From Lepidodermella squamata (lineage: Eukaryota; Animalia; Gastrotricha): a stretch of 64,000 nt of DNA. The stretch spans positions 1,364,001-1,428,000 of the forward strand of contig JBLDXI010000046.1 in NCBI GenBank assembly GCA_047495785.1, in the 5' to 3' direction. This document shows, one piece after another, positions 26,201-38,463 of the stretch (positions are counted from its first letter, which is position 1; every line of letters starts with the position of its first letter). Under the pieces are notes generated by a model. That model ran no database searches. It was not told the DNA's origin and worked only from the letters and a program-made list of their open reading frames with translations. The position numbers and the translations under genes were made by a program.

Positions 26201-26702
26201 ACAAGGATTGACAGGTCGCCTGAAGCAGCGGCTTGGTGAACTCTCCACGCCTCTGCTTTCACGTCTAGAAACAGAAGGTTTAGGGTTTTGGATTTCAGAA
26301 CTGAGACGCATACCCATGACACATTTTCCGATAGGAGGCCACCAATGCTCGCGTGTGACGCAAACACTGATTTCGTCACCTTGCACGTGGAAACCAGCCC
26401 AGCAGCGCAATGTGACAACGGTTTTTGCAGGGACAACGGTATTATTCTCAATCTCAGTCTCGTTTGCTACTAAATCGCCCAGGTCGATCACCGGAACAGT
26501 GCACTATAAGACATGGATAACGCGAGGATTACTGAAGCTGGAAGAACTAACATTTTCGAATTCTCCATTTTCCGACGGGAGAAGGTCGACCAAGTCAGAA
26601 TCCTAGAAAGAGGTTTCTAAATAAGTCATGACAGCAGGTTCAACTAACCGCAATTCCATTTGTTATAGAAATTGTCAAAATAAGAGAAATCCACAGAGAC
26701 AT
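23212..26702 (-). CDS. Secreted signal peptide + sushi/CCP + ~16 ankyrin-repeat glycoprotein, ~689 aa
   Basis: Exons 26702-26649, 26602-26552, 26503-26314, 26264-24936 and 23657-23212 are all phase-compatible. Signal MSLWISLILTISITNGIA; sushi C...RCWAGF...C...W.PPIGKC; TPL..AA..G repeats; no TM segment. Confidence 0.85.
24719..24806. repeat. Degenerate interstitial (CCCTAA)n tract inside the last intron of the ankyrin gene
   Basis: Repeated aaccct units with variants (aagccct, aatcct, aacctcc). Confidence 0.85.
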
Positions 26703-27009
26703 GATGCGATTTGTATTTGACTTTGATCTGAGCTTAAGTAGAAGTAAAACTAGAATTCTGGGTGCCAATTCAACGCCGCCAGTGCAGCACTTGCGTAAAT
26801 GTTGCCATATTAATAGATTGAAACTAAGACGACGCTGCGTCGTATTTTTCCTTATGGCTCGATTTTCATTGATGCTCTGCCTTTCACCCTGGCCCCTACT
26901 ACGTCAATGCATTCGGATGCGTGACCTTGATAAAAGACATAAACACCACCACAGAAAACGTCCCTGTATTTGTTTTCAAGAAGAAGTAACACAGCAAAGC
27001 AAAAGATGG

Positions 27010-28903
27010 TCATATTAATTGATGATAAGTTGAAGTTCTATTCCGTTTTCGTGTGGCTGATCGAACTGCGGTTACTAGGCCTCTAAAATTATTCAAAGTA
27101 TCATTATGTGAGCATTCTTTTCGATGACTCACCGTTGTTAGACTTTCGTGAATCTTGTTTATTGGCAAATTCATAGGGTAAACCTTGCCGAGAGCAAAGC
27201 TAGCTCGTCGGATAGTAGTTGGATGCATAGGCCTCTTCTCATCAAACTTCTGTGCGATAGGCTCGAATGGAACCGGCTTGATCACTTCAGAAATCTCCAG
27301 GGTCAACTCGTGCTCGTAAAGGCAAACCAGAACGAAAAGTACCATGCATTCGAACCCGGAGATGAGAAAGAAGTACCCAGAGATACCAGCACGCCACATG
27401 CCCTGTTGGTTACAATTGTAAGTCGTGTAAAGCAAGGCGAAATCGTCGAATGCCGCGACTCCGCTAAACAGCGCCAGAACCATTGACGCCATGAGCATGT
27501 AGGAAAATTTGCGGAAATAATCGTTGATTGCTCTCATATCAGTTTTGATAAACTCTCTATCACGGCGGAAGAATCGTAACCGTACTGCCAACATGACTAG
27601 AACGACGAAATTTAAAGCCGCGGCTAAGAAGCTCAAAACGTATAAGCATTGAAGAACGGAAGCTTTCAACGGCGCCATAGCTCCCAGAGTTACGTAACCG
27701 ATCACAGCCGGCTTAGCCATGGAACTGCCGTTGATAACGTCGTTTCCAAACGCAATGAACTTCGTGGCATCCACCGTCATGCCAACTGAAAATGTGTCGT
27801 TTAGCTGTAGAATTTCGCAGGTATTAGAGCTATTCGTTGATAAGTCGCTGCATAAATTCCCATCGCTAGCTACAACATCCAGGGCAACCAAAGCTGCGGA
27901 CTGATTCGAGTCGTAGTGAATTCCGACGAAATCACCCTGGTAAATCGCTATCCTATCATCGACATTAATTACAAAGGCTTGAAGGCCAGGGTCGGTGATT
28001 TGAAGTTGATTCGAGTCGACCAGAGTAAGCTTCGAACGATTCGCTACAAAACGCCATACGTCGATGTTTATCGTTCCCGTAGTTGAGGCGACTATGTCCC
28101 ATTGGCGCAGATCGCCCGAACATTGGAACTGCATCTTCGGGAAAAGGTAGGAGCCGAAAGGGGGTAGAGTGACATTGGTCGAGGAAATACCGACACCAGG
28201 ACTCTCCTGAGCTATTGCTTCTTCATAAACAAACCTACTGTCCCCCGTCGTGCAAATATCGGAGTTTGCATCGCCACCGGGTAAACACTGGTCTGGAAAA
28301 TGAATCATTTTAACTTATAGAAGGAAGAAAATGACCAGTCTCACCATCTGGTCGGCAAGTAGGAGCTTGGGACCATACACATCCTGATGAATTGCAGGTA
28401 CAAAAAACGTCAGAAGCGTATCGCATCGTCGATAGATATCCCTCCTGGCAAGTGTATCTTACATGGACAGCGCCATACTGAGTGTCATTCACGTAAGTTG
28501 CGCCTTGAACGTAAGGCGCCTGACTCGGGTCACACGTGTCGAAAACTCCGGCAGTACGGCGGCTCGTCAGATTTTTGCCTAAGCCATCTTTCGGCAGATA
28601 TTTCACCTTCGCCGCAGATATGAAGTTCATGTTGAAATCTCCCAGCGGGGCGCAGAAAATTGTTTCGAAATCTGTAGCAGCCAGGGCTTGTTCAATGTCG
28701 AAGATGCCATTTGTACTCGTTGCGTTGTGCCGCGCTAGACAGGCATCCCATAGACCGACTTGCACGCGGTCAACTTCGCCGTCATTCTCGCTAAAGTAGA
28801 CGTACTGCAGGCGTCGTGGGACTAAAATAACGCCGAGCAGGCAAATTATGATAGTTGCTGATAGAACTATACACACACGAGAGAGAAAGGTAACCCGCTT
28901 CAT
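27010..28903 (-). CDS. Claudin/PMP22-like four-TM protein with a sushi domain and a second beta-rich domain inserted in extracellular loop 1, ~613 aa
   Basis: Exons 28903-28345 and 28292-27010. TM1 is followed by GLWDAC...FC (claudin-superfamily signature), a sushi domain (CDP...YTCQEGY...FC...W..APTC), a FQCSG..W...VWR...GDFVGI domain, then three further TM helices. Confidence 0.75.
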
Positions 28904-29123
28904 GGCGATATAGAGCGAAGAATGAAGGAATTATAATCGAGCTTACAAGCAACATAATACTGCTGCCAATCATTTAGAATCAGCTAATATTTCTCACCTT
29001 GAAGGAATATTTAAGGCAGATAACGATTTATTTTCATCACTCTGTCATGTCAGAAGACGATTTTGATTTCGCCGGGTTAGCGGCGAAAGAGAAGCACCAA
29101 TCAATATCATAAATGTCCTATTA

Positions 29124-30344
29124 TTAGTTATCACCACGGCGCGGAGGGCGTCGAGCTCCTTCACGTTGGAATGGAGTTTGGCCAAAAACGTTATTCGCAA
29201 CTCCGCCATTCGTAGCTCCTGCAGCCACGGTTGCGTTACCTAAACAGTAGGTCTGGGTTTCGTAGACAGTTGGAGAGTTGACTTGCGTCTCGCCGGTTGG
29301 GCAGGTCTTAGATGCCAGCGTAGGCCTGCAGAAATACTTGTTCTTGTCAGTGTTCTTACATATAATGTAGGAGAGCTGAAAAATCGAACTTTTCAACGAA
29401 ATTCCAATGATTCGAAATATTTATTTACCGTATTAAGGTAGCTCAAGCAATCGAAACGGGTGCTGTTCAGGGTGTTTAGAACGTCGGCAGCGGCAGAAGA
29501 CGGGGCTGTTGCTGAGAAGACCTGGTCGCTGAGAGGAGCCATATTGAATGGGCAGAATGTGAAATCAGGGAAGCAGTCGGGTCTCCAGGCAGTTTCGTTG
29601 TAGCAGGGAATAAACGCGTAGTAAAAGGCAGCGGCTTTAGCCGAGGCGAAAGTTTTGGTTGAAACCTTTTCCTCGCCAGTAAAACAGCCCGGTGTTTCAA
29701 GGCGGAGCTTGGGGAAAACTAGCTTTCCTGGTCCTCTTCGCTCGCGATTCTTGCCAGGGCCGAAGTTTTGGCGGATGGTGCAGCGAAGGTAAGTCTTGCT
29801 AATGTCGCTACAGGAATCAGTCCAGAAACGCATGATTTCGTTGGTTGGCTGGCTCAAGCGGTAAACCAAGTTGTTCTGAAAAAACAGAAAAATGAAACTC
29901 AAGGATACAGGCTGGCTATTTCAAACATACTGTAGCATCAACGGTTCCGTTCGGGCAAGTTTCGTCTCCTTTCGGCGAATAAGCTCCACATTTGAATAGA
30001 AGCTTAGTTCCGTTTCGCTGGAAGCAGACGGACTGATCAAGAGGCTGGCTGCTATTTAGGGGTTCAGCTCCAAAGTCTACTCGGCCATCGCGACGAATTG
30101 TGCGATTGAAATCCTTGTTTTCTTCTGGCATTTCGATTTCAGCAGAATCTGTGTAGGCAGCCGAACTGTTGCTCTGGCCAGGAGCAGCTGGGACATCTCC
30201 ACCAATGCCTTTCGTTTTTGCTTTGTCATTCGCCTTGTCCTGAGCAGCGATTGTTTCCAATTGAGCAGACCTGTCGGTTGATGTGCAGGCCTCCACAACG
30301 CTGCTACACAGCAGGATAGATAGAATAAATTGCTTGAAAAACAT
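29124..30344 (-). CDS. Unknown secreted Cys-rich protein, family member A
   Basis: Exons 30344-29931, 29875-29429 and 29375-29124; signal peptide followed by Cys; homologous to members B, C and D. Confidence 0.85.
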
Positions 30345-31109
30345 TTCTTCAATAAAAAACTAGGTGGGCAAAAATGAAGCTATGCAAATATTTTGAGCCC
30401 TTTTTATTGCCTGTAAACAGCTACGGTATATGTATAACTATACTGTTTCCTGTTACAGATGAGTGCCACGATTTTATTATATACAAATGTGATATACATT
30501 TGTCATTACTCATACGAGAACGCTTGCGTCAATTAAATGTTAAGCGTGTAGCCTATTAAGATGCTGTCATCTTAATAATATAATCAGCCTGTTTCTTTCA
30601 TGACTTCCACGGCGAGCTTTCTCGACTTCCCAGCCCCCACTTTGGCACTCATTCGCTGCGCCGTTTTCATAAAAAAATGACAAAATGACCCAGGGTAGTT
30701 TTTTTTATGAACAAGGTGCCGCAGGTCAGCTTTCCAGGTGTGGAAAATCGCACAATAAAGTCCGAATGTTTAGGCCCATATTTTGTCTATTTAGGAATTC
30801 AAATTTGTTGGCTCAAGCTTGGTTTTTGTCTAGGGCGCTACGTTAATTTTCCTATTATTTCTCTTATTCGGTAAAGAGTGGCTGCGCTATGAAGAAATAT
30901 CGTATGGTATTTTAGCCGTGTTCGAAGTTCGAACAACATTTTGGAAACGCTCAAAATGTGTTACTTTCGTTGGCGGCGAAAATAACGAAAATAACAGTTC
31001 CGTGAAGTTTTATAAGTAGCCCACATTTTATTTCATCTGGTTGTTCTAAGAAAATGATAACTGTCGCTTAGCACCATTTTACATTCTACTGGTTTTTCTG
31101 GTTTTCGCT

Positions 31110-32313
31110 TCATTTGAAACCGTTTCTTGGGCGTTGAGCTGCGAATCGTTGAAAGGAGGTTGGCCCAACAACACTGCTGCTTCCCCCTGCAGTGGTTGCC
31201 GCAGTGAAGCAAGCTGTCTGTGTTTCGTAGACAGTTGGCGCATTAACCTGAGTCTCGTCAGTTGAACACGTCGCGGACACTAGTGTTGGTCTGCAGTAAT
31301 ACTTGCTCTGCGAGTTCTTGCACAAGACATACGAGAGCTGAAAAGAAACCATGGCGTAAAATTCTGTTAAACGCTATCTGTGAAATGTAATTACGGAATT
31401 AAGGTAAGCCATGCAATCCGCTCGAGTGCTATTCATAGTAGTAAGAACATCGGCTGAAGATGCAGCAGTTGCTTCAAACACTTTATCGCTAAGAGGTGCC
31501 ATATTTTGCGGGCAGAATGTGAAGTCTGGGAAGCAATCGGGGCGCCAAGCTGTAGTGTTGTAGCAGGGAATAAATGCGTAGTAAAAAGCAGCGGCTTTCG
31601 CCGAAGCGAATGTCTTGGTAGAAACTTTCTCTTCGCCAGTGAAGCAGCCTGGAGATTCGAGGCGAAGTTTCGGGAAAACCAACCCACTCGGTCCCCCGCC
31701 TCGAGGCTTCCCAGGGCCGAAATTCCGTCGAATAATGCAGCGAATATAGCTTTTAGAAACATCGCTACATAAATCGGTGTAGAAGCGCATGATTTCGTTT
31801 GTCGGCTGGCTCAATCGGTACAGGAGACCACTCTGTATCAGAGGCAATTTAAAAAGGGCTATGAGGACTCGAATTTCAAATTACTGATGCATCGGTAGTG
31901 CCGTTTGGACATGATTCATCACCTTTTGGGGAGTAAGCTGCGCATTTAAACAGCAACTGGGTTCCGTTTCGCTGGAAGCAGACGGACTGATCAAGAGGTT
32001 GGCTGCTGTTCAGAGGCTCAGCCCCGAAATCCGTTCGCCCATCGCGACGAATCGATCTATCGAAATCTTGGCCTTCGCCTGGCATCATAATCTCAGATGA
32101 GTTGGAATAAGCGGCGGAGGAGTTAGTTTGTCCAGGTGCGGCCGGGATGTCCTGGCCGATTCCTCTCACCTTCGATTTGTCATTGGCCTTATCAGAGGCT
32201 GAGATCGCCGCGAGTTGGGCCGATTTGTCGGTTGTTGTGCAGGCTGAGACTAAACTCCATCCTAAAATAGCGGCAAAGAAGGCGCAGAAAACTAATTTTC
32301 TGAGATAATACAT
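31110..32313 (-). CDS. Unknown secreted Cys-rich protein, family member B
   Basis: Exons 32313-31885, 31832-31395 and 31337-31110; close paralog of A with identical intron positions. Confidence 0.85.
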
Positions 32314-33127
32314 GTTTCTTCTTCTTGAGGGAGAGTTCTGAGCGATTCTCGCATCTCATTCTCCGACGCTTAAATAGCATTGGCTGCTGGTCATCTAGAG
32401 GTACGCTTTCCTGTTTGAAAAAACTAGGTTATTTAAAGTGTATACCGCCACAGTATAATACGTTATCATTGCGTAATTGTACTTCATTTCACATCTGTCC
32501 ATTTTGCCCTTTTGGCATGATTTATTACTACTCATAGCGTTTTGCAATTATTAATTCAATTTCTTGGTATATTTTTGTATTAATATATGGAATACTAGCT
32601 TTCCTGTTATTTCGTTAACTCGTTCGCTCGCGTAATTGTTTTGGACCGAGGCGTCAGCTTTGCATGCGCTGTTGGTATTCTGTTAGTAAAAACGTGTTTT
32701 TTGCCGGCATACCTATATTTTTATTAGTTACAAAGTGTCAATTTAATTTCTGGAACTGTTCCAAGCATAAGCCTCTTATAGTATAAGTTTTCCCCGTTAT
32801 ATTAAAGGATCTGCTATTTAATTGCTTATAACTTGAACCTAAATCAAATTCCAGTTGAACCCTATGATTTCTGTTAATGAGATCAGCTTTTGCCTTTTAC
32901 GTTGAACATTTTGCCAGAGGTTAGAAGCTCAATAAAGAAACATACAGAACTTAAGCCTGCTGTTTTCACTGTTATCCACGATCGTCTCGTAAAACGAGTC
33001 ATACCAGATGGACAAAGAGTTGACCTGGGAGCTGGGAGTATTCCGAGAAGCGGTTGTAAAGGGGCTCCTATTCTCAAAATCTGTAAGCTGTCTTTACTTG
33101 AGCTTACTAATGGAGTTTTATTCCTAA

Positions 33128-33972
33128 TGGTGCGTCCACAAACTAACTTCGGAGAGGGTGACTTCGGAGACCGAACTTGAAACTTCGGAACACTCAAGCG
33201 AAACTTCGGTGACGTTATCAGTGGCAATTTCCGCGCGCGCGCGGCATGAGTCGTCCGAAGTTTCTATTGTTTGCGGGCCGAAGATTTCGAGTGCGCGCGC
33301 ATGAGTGCGAGCGCGCTCAAACTAGAGAAGGGGCCGCAGGGTAGACACAAATTTTTTTCAATTCCACTTAAATTCTCAAAATTCCTAAAAAATAAGACGC
33401 GAAATGCGACGACGATAACAAAAAGCTAAATTTCGACGCGAAATTCACCATTTTTCAGAATAAATCAAAAATTAAATTTTTTTCAGCGCGCGCTATAAGC
33501 TATTTTTAAAAGCACCCGATAATTTCTATACTGAAATTGTTTTTGTGAAAACAAGGATTTGACTGCGCGCGTTTCATATACTTGAAATTTACGTCATTTT
33601 CGTCATTTATAGTCAATAATACGAATTAAAGATGCCACAGGAACAGTTAATTTATGTCGTCGCCCTACCTCGCGCGGTCAAGTGGCCGCGCGCGCGTGCG
33701 TACGTAGTAACTTCGGACACGCACAAACTTCGGTTCGGAGGCGCTTCGGAGAGCAGTTGTGGGCCTCTCCGAACCGAAGTTTGCGCGCGTCCTTTGTCCA
33801 GTGCGTGCGCGCCGCCCATTGTTCTCCCTTCGGGCGCGCAGTCCGAAGTGCGCGCGTTTGTGAACGAAAATCTCAAACTTCGGTCAGCGATTACGCAACT
33901 TCGGAGAGCGATTACGAAACTTCGGAGGCTAAAACTTCGGACGCGTCTCCGAAGCAGTTTGTGAACGTAACA
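33128..33972. mobile_element. PIF/Harbinger-type (Tourist-like) MITE
   Basis: Imperfect TIR TGGTGCGTCCACAAACT / TGTTACGTTCACAAACT, TAA on both flanks, and many subterminal AACTTCGG repeats. Confidence 0.8.
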
Positions 33973-34036
33973 TAAGGTCGAAATTACCTCATTTTATAGC
34001 CCTTTTAGTTTTCCAATCCACAGTACTTTCCTGTTA

Positions 34037-34854
34037 AGCTAGGTTCACGGACTCGGCGACTGCGCGACAACGCGACTGTCGCGGGTGTGTCGCACCAAAA
34101 CAGCGACGCGACACACACAGATAGTCACGCTTGAAAATTCTGTCGCGCGCGACAAACTGTTGTTGTGGCTCAACTGGGTTCCGTCCGACCCCAAACGTCG
34201 GTCGCGCAATTACGGGTAAAAGCGAAATAAATTATAATTTTCAAAATATTATTGGCCGCGCGCATGTCAAAGGGCTACTTTACAATTTCACGGCGGTTTT
34301 TGTTCTGAAATAAAATCTTCAAAATTCGTTATTGAATGAATACAGGTTTCTCGCGCGAAAAAAATAAAATTAAAGCCTATACACCTTGTATCGAGTCCGA
34401 ATAAACCTGAGTTTTGCGTGGTTGGCATTTCATCTTGTGCGAGCGGGCGGTTTATTGTTATTATTATTATTATTACTATGGCATTTGATCTTTGCGGGCG
34501 GGCGGTTTATCGTTATTATTATTACTATTATTATTGCCTACTTGCCTCCAACTTGTCGCGTTGTCGCGTTTTCGCGCCCAATACAGGCTATTTTCCCCTT
34601 CGCGACGCGACAAGCGACAAAATCCATTGTTCTTTCTGTCGCTCGCTGTTACGCAACGGCCGTCCATCCCTATTGTTCGCGCGCCTGTCGCGTCGCTGAC
34701 TCCGTGAACACCCGAGCGTTTTGTCGCGCGCAGCATTGATGCGACACCCGCGACACGCGCGACACCGCCGAGTCCGTGAACAAGTGCGCGACACCGGATT
34801 TGTCGCGCCGCTCAGTTGTCGCGCGCGACAAATCGCGAGTCCGTGAACCCAGCT
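34037..34854. mobile_element. PIF/Harbinger-type MITE (second family)
   Basis: TIR AGCT(A/G)GGTTCACGGACTCG at both ends, TTA target duplication (34034-36 and 34855-57), subterminal GCGACA/TGTCGC repeats. Confidence 0.85.
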
Positions 34855-35102
34855 TTAGAAAACGTAATGAAATCAAGTCGTTCGAACAAGTAACACCGCC
34901 ATATCGCCATTTATACTTAATTTATTAGCATAAGTATCTCAATACAGAAGTTGACCAAGCAAGATGTTGGAGTTATAGCTTTATTTGTATTGAATTGATG
35001 ATCAAACTTGTTCATTAGCTCGTCTATAAGAAACCAGCTAAACCTTATTAATCAAAGCACATCATTCTACATTCTGCCGTTGTTCAGCAGTAATGAAAGA
35101 AA

Positions 35103-36266
35103 TTAGCGGCCAGCAGCCAGAGTGGTTGAACCAACAATTTGAGAACAGCCGTTAGAATTACCAGCAGTTTGGCAGGCGGCCAAGCTGCTCCATGGAGTGG
35201 TACCGCCGTTATAAATGGGGCCCTCGCTACCCAAGCAGTTCGGAGTAATTTCCGAAACACGACAACCGCACTTTGTATTGACAGGGTCCTTGCACAGAAC
35301 GAAGGATTTCTACAAAGGGTTAAAGCTCTTTATACTGCAAATAGCAGCACTGATATTCCTTACGTTTGCCAAAGCAGACTTGCATGTGTTGCGCGCAGTT
35401 TCAACGGCAGCTGTGACGTTGGTCGTGGATGAGTCGACTGATGCTTTGAACGGGTCAAGGGAGGTGATGCGCGTCATGCCAGGCGGGCACGTTGTGAAGT
35501 CAGGGAAGCAGTCCGCTTTCAGAGCATTCGTGTTGTTCGGGGCGCAGGCGATGAATGCGTAATATTGAGAGCATGCGCTCAGTGAGTTAAAGCTAGTGGT
35601 GCCAACGGCGATCTCCTGCTCTTTGCCGTCCGAGTTTGTATCGCAGGAGGTACGGCAACGAGGCAGAGCCATCTTGCCTGGTGGCGGCAGATTGGTGGTA
35701 ACCGCCGCAACTGGAGGTGGGGGACTGGGAACGCAGCGCTTGAACGTCCTCGGAACATCACCACACTGCTTGACCCAGAAACGACAAAGCTCGCTGGTCG
35801 GTTGGCTCCACAGGTAGCGCATGCCGAACATGTTGTTGGTGTTGTTCGGGCAGGTTTCCGATCCGAGGTTCGAGTAGGCGCCGCACTTGAAGTTGATCGT
35901 TGAGTAGTTGCGATTGAAGCAGATCAGCTCGTTTTTAGCAATTGTCTGGCGAGGGTAGGGCCGCTCAGCACCAAAATCATTGACACCATCTCGCACTGGG
36001 TTTTTCGGGTCGCTGCCGTCTGTTCCAGCGCCGTAGCCTGTGTCGTTGAGGTACTGGTCGTTGTCCTGGCCTGGAAGAGCCGGAATATCCATCCCGAGTG
36101 GGCGATGGGAAGCCAAGTCGTTGTCGCTCTCTGGTGGGAGCGTGGCGCCCGGAGCTAAAGCCTTGTATCGCCGGTCATTTGTCGTTGTGCAAGACAGGAC
36201 AGCTTGACCGAAGAGGGCAATAGATGCTAGACTGAGAACAAAGTTCTGGATCATGTTGATGCTCAA
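35103..36266 (-). CDS. Unknown secreted Cys-rich protein, family member C
   Basis: Exon 1 36266-35364, exon 2 from ~35309 to TAA at 35103; TATA box at ~36309-36316; ends STTLAAGR. Confidence 0.85.
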
Positions 36267-38196
36267 AAAACAAAAAGTTGAATGATTCTGAAATTGAACT
36301 GGTTTAGCTTATATAAAGGTGTTTGCGTAGGCGCGTGAGGCGAATTGCTCCCCCAATTAAGCTATTAATCTTCCGTTTTTATTGCTTGGGCGTAAAGAGG
36401 TGCCCAGTGCTGCTTAAGGTGTCAAGGCGCCTACTTGACGCCAGTTAGCGGCTCAGAACAATAGCGGTTCGTTCACTGTAATCCGATTATCCTCACTGCG
36501 TGACACAGCCGTTGTGTTTCGCTGTTGGAGATCATTGCACCTGTATATCTATATCAGCTGATAGGATTTCGCATCTCTTGAAACAGGATTCCGTGAAATA
36601 CAACCAAGTAGAAATACGCAAGTGGGTGTGAAAGCTGAAATGATCGTATTCAGTACTGACATTACAGCTTAAGATCCAAATAAAGCCACACTTTAAGAAA
36701 ACACCAATGCCAACTAGCACTTGGTCAGGTGATTATTTATAGGCTGCTTTGATTTGGTGAAACAGAACTTTTCGGGCAAAGAATGACAACAAATTTGCAG
36801 AATTTTTTTGAATTTCTTTCCGTTTTATCCTAAGCTATTCCGTACTGTTATTCATTCGTGACGATAGGTACTGCAAATATTTTTCGATGAAGGAATTACT
36901 GCTGCCGCTAGTTACCCGTAGCAAACTGGGCCCGGTAACTCCTTCTCGTGTTGCAGAACGGTTGAATTCGAAATGAAACCATGTTATATGTAATTAATAG
37001 TTTCTAAGCATGAGCCTAATGACATGTTGTTGTTTATTAAGCTGGATTTATTAATGACTGTTGCGTAAAACTTGTGCTGAAGTTGGGCGCGCTTAGGCGA
37101 CGAGGGCAAAGCGAGAGAATAGTAGGGTTCTGCGCGAACGATAGAACTTCGGATGGCGCTGCTACGGTAGAATAAACTGTCGAATCCGAGTAGCTGAGTA
37201 GTAAAATCACAAGCGCTACAAGCGCCTAGCGAAACAAGGTTTTAGCGGGCTTATTAATGACATCAATTTTTGAAATTAGGATATACTATTTTTGCGTGCG
37301 CCTAAGTCAAGAGAAGGCAATTAGTCAATTGTGATACGAATTTATTGGGCTGCCGCTTGTTTCGTGTTTAAACAAGAAATAGTACGCTCAGTAGCTACAA
37401 AAACCGCTGGGGTGTGGGTATCTACAAAACACCCCGCAAAAGTTGCAGCTGAATTTTCAGTAAGAATTAAATGCAAATGTTCCCGCCGATAATTTGAAAG
37501 TCGTTTATCACAAGATAACTGGGCCGCTTTCCTCTAGTTAAATAGCTGGAGCACGTCGACCCAGCGCTGGTACCTCAAGCTCGAGTCGCATAGTTCGGCC
37601 ACCTTCGGCCAGGAAAATTATCAGCGCATTATATGGAGCTCGCCTCACTTAGGAGCTGATGTAGCTTCCGGAATTTTCTAACGCGCAAGCTCTGAAGTAC
37701 ATAATATAAGTCCGAACCGTAGCGCTTATAAATCTACCCGCTGTTTCAGTTTTCATCAGTGGTTCGCAAATACCTTTCACCACGTGCACAAGAGTGGCGC
37801 ATGCGGCCGGTCCTGCGTGCGCCACTGATTTATTCTTATGCATTCTCCTCAACTAACCAATTAAAAGGATATAATTTTCAGATTTTTTCAAAAATTATTT
37901 GGTTTTCCGCGAATTGTACCAAGTTGGACGTGGACCTTCATATGTCATAGGTCTAAATGGGTACATTCGAAACAAAAATCGGTCTATCACGCCTTTTAAT
38001 TATATATTGATTTGACTACAGGGTTGAATCATATATGTATATAACTGCGAGTTCCAGCCTTTGAATGCAAAACGTCGGGGCTTTATGATCAAAACTTTCT
38101 GTACCTCATGAGACTTTGTTATAGACCCAGGACTTATTCAGGGAAGCAAGAAATACCCTACATTGTGGAACCACTGGTAAGTTGAACCTTGGCGCG

Positions 38197-38463
38197 CACG
38201 CTGATTGGTCAATCGATCGTTGCTAATGACTCCGGAATGAAACATTTCCGTCGTGCGATCCACTAATAAATTATTTTACATTTATGTAAAAAATTACCTT
38301 GCCACGCCCTCTGCCCGGTTTCCATTGACCACGAGCGTAAACTCCATATTAAACGTGGTAAATTGCTGCGGCAAAAAACACTTGTTGGAAAAATTCTAAT
38401 GGATCGCACGACAGAACGTTTCATCCGGGAGTCATAGCAACGATCGATTGACCAATCAGCGTG
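38197..38463. mobile_element. Foldback / MITE-like inverted repeat
   Basis: ~65-bp arm CACGCTGATTGGTCAATCGATCGTTGCTA...CGTGCGATCCA and its reverse complement at ~38400-38463. Confidence 0.7.

Noticed and set aside
24802-26451. 549-aa ORF with a hydrophobic C-terminus suggesting a membrane anchor
   Set aside because: Both ends are read-through into introns or another frame; the donor at 24935 splices to the final ANK exon, removing the hydrophobic tail.
23212-26702. Latrotoxin identity for the secreted ANK protein
   Set aside because: There is no large N-terminal helical pore-forming domain; only a sushi domain precedes the repeats.
32883-33120. Minus-strand TLCPSGMTRFT resembling the family motif FT.CP.GMTRIT (possible fifth, decayed paralog)
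   Set aside because: No other family motif or Cys is found in the flanks; a chance match cannot be excluded without an alignment.
33128-33972. Regularly spaced AACTTCGG repeats resembling a CRISPR array
   Set aside because: The repeats are only 8 bp, lie inside TIRs with a TAA duplication, and the context is eukaryotic with no cas genes; they are MITE subterminal repeats.
34999-35105. SECIS element in the conserved 3' UTR
   Set aside because: The coding sequences have no in-frame UGA and there is no properly arranged AUGA/GA quartet.
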